NCBI GenBank assembly: GCA_023229135.1 | Contig: JALNZT010000006.1 | Location: 1,996 to 65,995 of the forward strand | Direction of reading: 5' to 3' | Length of the DNA: 64,000 nucleotides | Source of the DNA: Bacteroidales bacterium | Lineage (GTDB): Bacteria; Bacteroidota; Bacteroidia; Bacteroidales; F082 | In this document: one piece after another, positions 44,030 to 52,329 of the stretch | Position numbering within the stretch: the stretch's first letter is position 1 | Layout of the letters: the number at the start of each line of letters is the position of its first letter | Notes under the pieces: generated by a model | Seen by the model: the letters and a program-made list of their open reading frames with translations, nothing else | Told to the model about the DNA's origin: nothing | The model's database searches: none | Translations under genes and position numbers: made by a program

Positions 44030-44254
44030 TTAAGGTCTTAGCCTGTAAACAGTAATAACACCATCCGGACAAACGATGGCACAGTTTGAACAACCGGTAC
44101 ACGCCTCTGGATCTTCCATATAGGCGTAATGATATCCTTTGCTATTCACTTCATTTGCCAGTGCGATAACATCGGTTGGGCAGGCCGGAATACATACTTC
44201 GCAACCCTTACATTTCTCGATATCAACCACTATGGCTCCTCTGACTTTTGCCAT
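44030..44254 (-). CDS. 4Fe-4S ferredoxin-type delta subunit
   Basis: 74-aa ORF with two CxxCxxCxxxCP clusters (CKGCEVCIPACP, CTGCSNCAIVCP). Confidence 0.9.
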   Translation of the reverse strand: MAKVRGAIVVDIEKCKGCEVCIPACPTDVIALANEVNSKGYHYAYMEDPEACTGCSNCAIVCPDGVITVYRLRP

Positions 44255-44453
44255 TATTATTATTTTTAAGTTAGATAATTCAACTGCACGAAATTAAGCT
44301 TTTAAGATGATTATTTGACGGTTTGAAGCTTCTGAACGTCCTGATTTGCTTAATTTATAAACAGTTTAAATAGTAAGCTCGTTTTGGCGTTCAGATCAAT
44401 TATTTACTTTGAATAAATGGTGAAAACAGCACTTTTTTTAACCTTCAAAGAAC

Positions 44454-45770
44454 CTACTGTTTATGATGTTCATGAAACAGCTTTAAACGTTCTTCGAGTG
44501 CATCCATCTGATCCATTCTGATTAAGGAAGTGCAGGCACGAATGCCTTCGTGGCGCTCGCTTCCGGTGATGTCTAATGAAATAGCACTGATGCCGTAATA
44601 GATCATTTTTTCCAATAAGTCAACACCCGAAAAGCCAGGATAGGAATAGGTGAAATAAAATCCGTCCGCAATGGGCTGATCTTCGTCCATGTCATAAACA
44701 ATGCTGAAGCCGTTGTCGGTAAAAAGTTTTTTCATTATTGCAGCTTTCTCTCCGTAAATCTTCACTTCTTCCACAAAGTTGAGGCTGCCACTATTTGCGG
44801 CTTCCAACAAGGCTGTCAGTGCATATTGTGCTGAGTGTGAAGTGCCTGAGCTTAAGGGGTATAAAGTACCAAAAACCATAGTATGACCAAATAAATCATT
44901 GCCATAAAAGCGTTTCAAATCCGGGAATCGGCGGTTGAAGAGGGCATCGGAAATCACCATCATACCGATACGTTCGCCTGCATAGCTAAATGCTTTTGAG
45001 CTGGAAATGAACAAGATATAATTATCAGTATAATTAGCTACTGAGAATTGATAAGGAGGCTGGCCTGGCTTGCTTAAATCTCTGCGGAAATCCATGCCGA
45101 AATAGGCCAAATCTTCCATGATTACTACGTCATATTTGTTGGCCAGCTCGCCAATAATTTGAAGCTCTTTCTCTGTGAAGCAAATCCAGGATGGGTTGTT
45201 GGGATTGGAATATAAAACCGAGTGAATGTTACCTTTGGAAAAATAACTTTCGAGTTTTTCGCGTAGTTTCTCACCGCGGAAGTTATATACGTCAAATGAC
45301 TCATATTTGAGGTTGAGCACTTTATGCTGTTGCATATGCACCGGAAAACCGGGATCGATAAACAGCGTGGTATCGCGCTCTTTGTGAATTCTGCTCAGCG
45401 TGAGAAAGGATGCAAAACCACCCTGCATGGAACCTACTGTTGGCAGGCAACTGGCCGGGTTTACATCAACATTCATAAAGTTTTTTACAAAACTGCTGAT
45501 CTGTTGTTTTAGCTGTGGGATTCCTTGGATATCAGGGTACTTTGCGGCAACGCCATTTTGAAGGGCTGCAATTTGTGCCTCGGTGCCAATTTTTGAAGGA
45601 GGAAGCCCGGGAATGCCCATTTCCATGCGGACAAACTCAACCTCGCTGGCTTGTTCGATGGTATCAATTAATCTTTTGATTTCTCTGATAGAGGCTCCAC
45701 CAATACTGCTCAGGCCACTTTCTTTAAATTTATCCTGAACGATTTGACTTGGAATGGGAGTATTTTTCAT
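44454..45770 (-). CDS. PLP-dependent aminotransferase (class I/II)
   Basis: 438-aa ORF with a SSSKAFSYAGERIG region containing the PLP lysine context. Confidence 0.75.
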   Translation of the reverse strand: MKNTPIPSQIVQDKFKESGLSSIGGASIREIKRLIDTIEQASEVEFVRMEMGIPGLPPSKIGTEAQIAALQNGVAAKYPDIQGIPQLKQQISSFVKNFMNVDVNPASCLPTVGSMQGGFASFLTLSRIHKERDTTLFIDPGFPVHMQQHKVLNLKYESFDVYNFRGEKLREKLESYFSKGNIHSVLYSNPNNPSWICFTEKELQIIGELANKYDVVIMEDLAYFGMDFRRDLSKPGQPPYQFSVANYTDNYILFISSSKAFSYAGERIGMMVISDALFNRRFPDLKRFYGNDLFGHTMVFGTLYPLSSGTSHSAQYALTALLEAANSGSLNFVEEVKIYGEKAAIMKKLFTDNGFSIVYDMDEDQPIADGFYFTYSYPGFSGVDLLEKMIYYGISAISLDITGSERHEGIRACTSLIRMDQMDALEERLKLFHEHHKQ

Positions 45771-45978
45771 ATAAGATAAGGTTTTATCGTGTGATTAAAA
45801 ATGTAATTTTAGAGGTATGCCAGTAGTAATCTTCTGTTAAAATATTCACAAAAGACTTTTGGTCAAAATTAAGGAATTTGTTTCAAACTTTCGCATCCGA
45901 TTTTACTCAAATGCTTATTTAAAATGATTTTAACCAAAACGGTGTAGGATGTCTTAAGAAATTTTTATTTATCAAGCC

Positions 45979-47238
45979 TTAAAAAAAGTAACTGGCAGAT
46001 AGCAACAGCCTGGCATTGTTAACGCTTTGCTTGTCGGAAAAATAAGATTTATTGTCCTTTGTGCCGTATGTGGCAACAGTATATTCCATTTCGGCGCCTA
46101 GCTCGAAAGCACCAGGACGATACGAAACTCTTGGCACGATGCGGCTTACAGACTTGATGTCGTCATTGCGACCATAAAAAATTCCACCAACGGCTTGCGT
46201 TTTCTTGTAGGGCAGATTTTCGGTGTAGCCCGCAAAAATAGAGAAATTCCAATTTTCATACTGTCTCAAAACCTGCGTCCAAACAGAGAGTAAGGGTGTT
46301 GCTGCAAAATCTTTTGTGTGTGAAACGCTGTCGATACTATGCTCATAATAACCACCAAGCATCAAATGGTCGCTCAGGTTATGACCATAAAGCGCAGCAG
46401 TTTTCACCGTCCAGTTGTTTTGCTCATATTTTCCAAAAATTATGGCGGAAAAACTGTTGACAACGGCATCAGAAACGTACTGACGTTCATTGAAGACAGT
46501 GGTTTTTTCAGGTTTTATTTTTTTGTAATCCACACCTGTCCCCACGATAAAGTTTTTGGTCTGATACTGTAGTTGCAAGTGCAGGTTAGGCAACTTAGCA
46601 TCGCGCATATATACAGAGCTTGCGCCTTGCGGGCCACTGCTCACAAAATCGCGCTGTGAGGCAGCTGACGCAATCAGTTTAAGTTTATTTTTGGTAAATG
46701 TTACACGAATTTGATTGTGCCTCGAAAACGGGTGAAAAGGTGCGCCGGTATTGAGGTTGAAAACCATAGGCCGACATTCAATCGTGTTGATGGGATGCCA
46801 GTATTGGCCAGCCAAAACAGCAATATTCTCCCACTGTAATTGTATGTACGCCTCGCGCAATCGAAAACTATTGTTATCAAAACTTGATGCACCGCTAAAA
46901 TCACCTTCTATAACTGCAAATGGTTTTGCGCCAAGCACTTTTGGGCCTTGGATTGTAAGGCGTAGTCGGCTGGTCATCGAAAGCTGGTTGAAAACGCCAC
47001 CAGCGTTTACATCGTTGCCATCGGCATCTAAAACACGTTTTTTAGGATAAAGACTAAGCATATGCTCCCGCGATTCGACAATTTGGCGGCTGTCTGCAAA
47101 CAGTTGTGTGCTGACAAAACCATGCAGGTCGATTTTTATTTTAGTGCTGTCGTCTTTTTGATTTCCGAGAGCAGAAGAACATGGGAAAAGCGTGATTCTA
47201 GCCAATAAAATCAGCACAGCAAATGTTTTGTAACTCAT
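45979..47238 (-). CDS. outer-membrane beta-barrel (porin-like) protein
   Basis: The internal ATG at 47238 (MSYKTFAVLILLARITLF) overlaps the upstream stop as ATGA. The sequence has an alternating beta-strand pattern and ends in aromatic ...LLLSASYFF. I reject the longer track ORF (to 47412). Confidence 0.6.
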   Translation of the reverse strand: MSYKTFAVLILLARITLFPCSSALGNQKDDSTKIKIDLHGFVSTQLFADSRQIVESREHMLSLYPKKRVLDADGNDVNAGGVFNQLSMTSRLRLTIQGPKVLGAKPFAVIEGDFSGASSFDNNSFRLREAYIQLQWENIAVLAGQYWHPINTIECRPMVFNLNTGAPFHPFSRHNQIRVTFTKNKLKLIASAASQRDFVSSGPQGASSVYMRDAKLPNLHLQLQYQTKNFIVGTGVDYKKIKPEKTTVFNERQYVSDAVVNSFSAIIFGKYEQNNWTVKTAALYGHNLSDHLMLGGYYEHSIDSVSHTKDFAATPLLSVWTQVLRQYENWNFSIFAGYTENLPYKKTQAVGGIFYGRNDDIKSVSRIVPRVSYRPGAFELGAEMEYTVATYGTKDNKSYFSDKQSVNNARLLLSASYFF

Positions 47239-47933
47239 GCAGGAGTTTCTTTTTTTTGTGTAGCAAAACTCAATATCACTCCCAAAGCCACGCCCAGTGC
47301 GGCAGCAAATAGCACCTGATAATCGGGTGGCAGCAAAAAGGTGATGGTGTGAGCCGGAATCCAGAAAAGTGGAAGTGTTTTTTTGAATACGAAATTCCAT
47401 TGGGTATCCCAATCGAGTTCCCTGAAAATTTTGCGCACATCAATCGGACTGAATAAGCCGCTGACAGTTCCACCATTTTGGATAATGTGCGTATCCGTAA
47501 CTTTATGTGTGGTCATCATCACAGGCGCATAAGTCAGGTTCATAGCAGTGCTGATAGAAAAAGCCACCAATAATGCCGACCAGCTAAAGCCCGTAGCCAA
47601 AGCAGTTTGCGCGTTTTCTAAACCGAGGTAGGTTAGCAAAATGGGTGTTCCGCTGGCAAAAATCATAAAGGCCATTTTGATGGTAAATCCAAGGAACCCC
47701 CAAACGATGGCGCGCGGAATTAGTCCAAAACCTTTTCGGTTGTATTGGCCTGTTTTGATGCGTAAAGCCAGCGATTCGCCAAAGGTTGAAAGCAGTGCAA
47801 ACTTTACAAAGCTCATCCACATACCGTGGCTGGCATTGAGGTTTTCGTAGCCGGTTTTAAATCCGGGAATAAACACAAAGGCGGCAATAACAGCGGCTAT
47901 CACCAGCAATATAATCCAATCTTTCAGTTTCAT
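47235..47933 (-). CDS. polytopic membrane protein, unknown function
   Basis: 232-aa ORF with about six hydrophobic segments. It is co-operonic with the acyl-CoA synthetase and the porin. Confidence 0.6.
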   Translation of the reverse strand: MKLKDWIILLVIAAVIAAFVFIPGFKTGYENLNASHGMWMSFVKFALLSTFGESLALRIKTGQYNRKGFGLIPRAIVWGFLGFTIKMAFMIFASGTPILLTYLGLENAQTALATGFSWSALLVAFSISTAMNLTYAPVMMTTHKVTDTHIIQNGGTVSGLFSPIDVRKIFRELDWDTQWNFVFKKTLPLFWIPAHTITFLLPPDYQVLFAAALGVALGVILSFATQKKETPA

Positions 47934-47939
47934 TAGCGG

Positions 47940-49997
47940 CTATTTTTCTATTCTGATACGGGCATCCACTGCAACCACATCTTTGGCATTGCCCAAAAGT
48001 GGGTTCATATCCATTTCAGCAATTTCCGGCGCTGCCGTTAGCAATGCTGATAGGCGAACCAGGATATCTCTCAGCTTTTCTTCGTTGATACCGGCCTGAC
48101 CGCGTACTCCATGTATTATAGGATAGCTTTTGATCGATTGAATCATATTTTTAGCCTCATCAGCCGAAAGAGGCGCCAATGTAGAAGCCACATCTTTAAG
48201 CACTTCTATAAAAATTCCGCCCAGGCCAAAGAAAATTAGGTGGCCAAAATTGCCTTCTTTGCTTGCGCCGGCAAACAGCTCAGTGCCCTGCAGCATAGGC
48301 TGCATCAGGATGGATGTGGTGTCTTTAATTTTTATCATCCGATCGAACTCCGACCGCACTTGTTCTTCTGTTTTGATGCCCAGCACTACACCGCCAACAT
48401 CAGATTTATGTACGGGACCAATTACTTTCATCACCAGCGGGAAACCAAGTTTTGAAGCGGCTGCGATAGCTTCTTCGCGGGTTTTGGCAACGGCTTCACC
48501 AGCACGGGAAATTCCGGCAGCATCTAACAATCGGCTCACTTGCTCGGGGCTTAAATAGCCTGATTCGCAACTTTCTATAGTTCTGCGAATTGTCTCTGTG
48601 TCAATATCAGTAAGGGTTTCTGCTTTTCCAGCGGGTTTAGCAGTTTTGTAAACTTTGGAGAGTGCTCTACCCAGATTCACCTCGTCAGGGAAGTTAACCC
48701 TACCTTTCGATAGGAAAAATTCTACCTCTTTAGCAGCTGTTAGCGTGGAAGGCAAAACAGGGAAAAGTGGCTTTTTAATGCTATTCATCTTTTGATGAAG
48801 CACCTCATACACATCGAAAATCTCGACCAATCCTGGTGTGCCGAAAATAACAACTATCGCGTCGATATCGTCAAAATCTTTGTCGCAAGCATCGATGATA
48901 ATGCCAAGCTGTTCGGCTGTTCCTGTTGCCAGAAAGTCGATAGGATTGGCAACAGAGGAACCAGGGAATAACTTTTCTTTCAGCAATTCTGCTTTTTCTC
49001 CGCTGATGGTGGGTATTTCAAGGCCTCCTTCAGAAAGTGCGTCGGTAAGCATCACGGCGGGACCACCGGCATGGGTGATGATGGCAATACGTTTGCCCTG
49101 CATTTCGGGATGCATAAAAACGGAGGCTACCGAAATCAGCTCTTCGCGTCCATAACACCGCACAATACCTGCTTTTCTGAAGAGTGCATCTACGGCCGTA
49201 TCGGAACTGGCCAAAGCACCAGTATGTGAGGAGGCTGCACGGCTTCCGGCTTCGCTGCTCCCGGCTTTGATGGCGGCAATTTTACAGCCTTTTTGTATCA
49301 GCGAACGGGCATGTTTTAGCAGTTTTTGTGGGTTAGAAATAGTTTCGATATAAAGCAGTTTCACCGTAGAATCCTTCTCTGCATCAAAGGTTTCATCCAT
49401 ATTTTGTAGGATTTCTTCCACACCCATTTGCGCTGAATTACCCACACTGTATACGTTGGCGAAGCTGAGTCCTTTAGGGATTCCGGCTTCCATAATAAAG
49501 CAGGCTGTAGCGCCTGATCCAGTGATGAAATCGCAACCTTTCGGGTTTAATTTTGGAATGGGTTCGATGAAAATACTGTGGTGATGCGGTGTTAAAATTC
49601 CTACGCAGTTGGGACCAATTAGTGCGCCATTTACTTTGTTGATGCTGGCTACAATACGATCTTCCAGTAGCTTTCCGGCTTCACTTTCTTCACTAAAACC
49701 AGCCGAAATTATGATAAAAGCACGGGTATTATTATCGGCTATCAATGCATCAACCAAATCGGGGATATATTTTGCTGCAATAGCGATTACTGCCAAATCT
49801 ACGTTGGGCATATCTTTGTTAGAGGAATAACTTTTGATACCCTGGATACTCGTCTCTTTGGGATTCATTACATAAAGTCCACCCTCAAAACCTCCGTCGA
49901 GGATATTTTTAAGGACTTTACCACCGGGTTTTTGAATATCATTGGATGCGCCAACAACTACAATACTTCTAGGATGCGTTAATGCTTTGTTAATCAT
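47940..49997 (-). CDS. acetate-CoA ligase family protein (ADP-forming acyl-CoA synthetase, fused alpha/beta)
   Basis: 685-aa ORF with the CoA-binding N-terminus PRSIVVVGASNDIQKPGGKV and a succinyl-CoA-synthetase-like middle. The C-terminal ATP-grasp domain includes FPLVMKVIGPVHKSDVGGV. Confidence 0.85.
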   Translation of the reverse strand: MINKALTHPRSIVVVGASNDIQKPGGKVLKNILDGGFEGGLYVMNPKETSIQGIKSYSSNKDMPNVDLAVIAIAAKYIPDLVDALIADNNTRAFIIISAGFSEESEAGKLLEDRIVASINKVNGALIGPNCVGILTPHHHSIFIEPIPKLNPKGCDFITGSGATACFIMEAGIPKGLSFANVYSVGNSAQMGVEEILQNMDETFDAEKDSTVKLLYIETISNPQKLLKHARSLIQKGCKIAAIKAGSSEAGSRAASSHTGALASSDTAVDALFRKAGIVRCYGREELISVASVFMHPEMQGKRIAIITHAGGPAVMLTDALSEGGLEIPTISGEKAELLKEKLFPGSSVANPIDFLATGTAEQLGIIIDACDKDFDDIDAIVVIFGTPGLVEIFDVYEVLHQKMNSIKKPLFPVLPSTLTAAKEVEFFLSKGRVNFPDEVNLGRALSKVYKTAKPAGKAETLTDIDTETIRRTIESCESGYLSPEQVSRLLDAAGISRAGEAVAKTREEAIAAASKLGFPLVMKVIGPVHKSDVGGVVLGIKTEEQVRSEFDRMIKIKDTTSILMQPMLQGTELFAGASKEGNFGHLIFFGLGGIFIEVLKDVASTLAPLSADEAKNMIQSIKSYPIIHGVRGQAGINEEKLRDILVRLSALLTAAPEIAEMDMNPLLGNAKDVVAVDARIRIEK

Positions 49998-50091
49998 GTC
50001 TTTAATTATTGTTTATTTATTAACAATATCAAAAGACAAAAGTAGCAAATTGGCTGGAGGTAGCGGCGTTAAAGCGGTATTTAGAATCAAT

Positions 50092-50127
50092 ACAAAAAAG
50101 GCAGGTCAAAAAAAGATTGACCTGCCT
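50092..50127 (-). terminator. rho-independent terminator after the DAK2-DegV gene
   Basis: The minus strand reads aggcaggtcaa-tcttttt-ttgacctgcct followed by tttttgtatt. Confidence 0.75.
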
Positions 50128-50150
50128 TTACGAATTTTTTGGCGTATGTT

Positions 50151-51944
50151 TTATTCTAACATAACGGAAAGTGCTACTACGCCAATGCCAGTATTTGTGA
50201 CGAGTACGGGCGAAGCTTCCTGAATAAACACGGGTTCTTTTCCGCCGGTTAATTCTTTTACTTGATCGGCATACCATTGGGCTGTTTCCAAGTTGTCGGC
50301 ATGAGAAATGGCATAACCCCATACTTTTTTATCGCCGACAAATCGGGTCATTTCTTTCATCACCATTTTCATGCTCGCCTTTTCATTGAGCGGTTTCCCA
50401 AAAACTTCTGTTTTGCCATGTGGTTTAACTTCCACAATCGGCTTAATACCTAAAAGTTTACCCATCAGGCCTTTCGAATAGCTAACGCGACCACTTTTTA
50501 CCATATATTTCATGGTTTTGGAAGTAACAAGGATGCGGGTATTGTTGGACCATTCCGGCATTTTTTTAACAATCTCGTCATGATCCATGCCACTTTCGAT
50601 AGCCATTGCTGTACGTAAAACGATCAAGCCCAGCGCACTGGTAAGTTTTTTGGTGTCAACGACATCAATTTTTTTACCGCTTTCGTTGTGAATTTTACGT
50701 GAAGCATTTAAACTGTTTTGCCAGGTTCCACTCATGCCCGAGCTGATGTGCGCGCTAATTATTGATTTGTAATGCGTTGATAAATAGTTATAACGGTTTA
50801 CAAATTCGCTGATGGTGGGCTGAGCTGTAGTAGGATAAACATCAGAGCTTACCAATTTATGGAAAAACTGTTTCGGCTGCATTGTAAGGCGGTCGAGGTA
50901 GAAGTCTTGTCCGAAATGTACGGTCAGCGGAATTACCTGAATCTGGTATTTTTCGATGATATCCATCGGCAAGTCGCAGGTGGAATCGGTAATCAGGCCG
51001 ATATCAAACTTGCGGTTGGAAGCCAGATCATTTTGCAACACCATATCATCTACCTTTTTATAGGTGATGGTGCCAAGAGGTGCAATTTTTTCAAACAGCT
51101 CCCAAGGCTCATCGGTGTGAATGTGAATGCGAACCTTTTTCTCGGAGCCGGCAATTACCATTGAATCGCCAAAGGGCTTCATAATTTCGTCGAAAGTCTC
51201 GCGCTTCAGGTTTTCACCGTTGATCATCGCCTCTGTACAATATCGGAAGGTGATTTCTTCGTGATTGATAGAATCTATTGCTTCGGCGATTTCAATTTTT
51301 TGGTTTTCAAAGTTTATGGCAATCTGGCCATTTTTGAAATAATCGAACATGCCTTCCAAAAATACCACAAAGCCTTTTGCGCCGGCGTCCACCACATTGC
51401 TTTTAGCCAAAACGGCCAAGGTTTCTGTGGTCATTTTCAACGATTCCATGGCTTTATTTAAGCCATCCAGTAACAGACGGATAAAGTCGTCAAACTTATC
51501 TTTGAGCAGGTAAATATACTCAGCCCAGTCTTTAATCACAGAAATCATTGTGCCTTCGATAGGATTGGCAATGGCCTCGTAGGCATAGCGTACAGCGTTT
51601 TTCATGTACTCAGCGAACGCAGATACTGTAAGGGTTTCTTCTTCTTTAATTTCATTGCTGAAACCATAAAGAAATTGCGCAAAAATGATTCCCGAATTGC
51701 CTCTTGCGCCCGTCAAAGCCGCATCGGCAAGCGCCATAGCGGTATATTTTAAATTTTGTTGGGGCTCTGCTGTGTTTACAATGCTGCGCATTGTTGAGGC
51801 AAGATTTGTGCCCGTGTCTGCATCAGCTACCGGAAAAACATTGATTTTGTTGAGCAGTGTCTGGTTTTCAAAAATACGCTGAGCGCCGGCCATAAAGCTA
51901 TGATATAGCTGGAAGCCGTTAATTTCAGTTATTTTACTTTCCAA
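50151..51944 (-). CDS. DAK2 (DhaL-like) domain fused to a DegV (fatty-acid-binding) domain
   Basis: 597-aa ORF. The N-terminal half has VFPVADADTGTNL (DAK2 motif). The C-terminal half has IGLITDSTCDLP..IQVIPLTV (DegV start). Confidence 0.75.
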   Translation of the reverse strand: MESKITEINGFQLYHSFMAGAQRIFENQTLLNKINVFPVADADTGTNLASTMRSIVNTAEPQQNLKYTAMALADAALTGARGNSGIIFAQFLYGFSNEIKEEETLTVSAFAEYMKNAVRYAYEAIANPIEGTMISVIKDWAEYIYLLKDKFDDFIRLLLDGLNKAMESLKMTTETLAVLAKSNVVDAGAKGFVVFLEGMFDYFKNGQIAINFENQKIEIAEAIDSINHEEITFRYCTEAMINGENLKRETFDEIMKPFGDSMVIAGSEKKVRIHIHTDEPWELFEKIAPLGTITYKKVDDMVLQNDLASNRKFDIGLITDSTCDLPMDIIEKYQIQVIPLTVHFGQDFYLDRLTMQPKQFFHKLVSSDVYPTTAQPTISEFVNRYNYLSTHYKSIISAHISSGMSGTWQNSLNASRKIHNESGKKIDVVDTKKLTSALGLIVLRTAMAIESGMDHDEIVKKMPEWSNNTRILVTSKTMKYMVKSGRVSYSKGLMGKLLGIKPIVEVKPHGKTEVFGKPLNEKASMKMVMKEMTRFVGDKKVWGYAISHADNLETAQWYADQVKELTGGKEPVFIQEASPVLVTNTGIGVVALSVMLE

Positions 51945-52329
51945 TGCTTGAGGTGTTAATGAATACTTAAATGCTTTTAAAAAGTTGATAACACGATAGT
52001 TAGATCAAAATTGATGAAATTTTTCGCGACTAAATATTCCTATAAGTGGGGCAAAGATAACAAAAGATTAATTGGTGGGTGATTTTGTGAACTTTCGAAA
52101 GACATGGTTACAATCGTTTTGAGTAAATAGATTGACAATCAGATTATTGTAATTATTCGTGTTGATAAGTTTTTTTGTTATTTAACATTTAAAACGCTTT
52201 AAACCAATATATTAAACTATTAATTCGCTTATGCTGTTTATTTGCACTTCTCAGTCAAGGTGCGACTATCTTGCGACAACCAACAGTCGCGCCCTGACGT
52301 ACAACCACAGCGCCCTGACCTATATGTAC

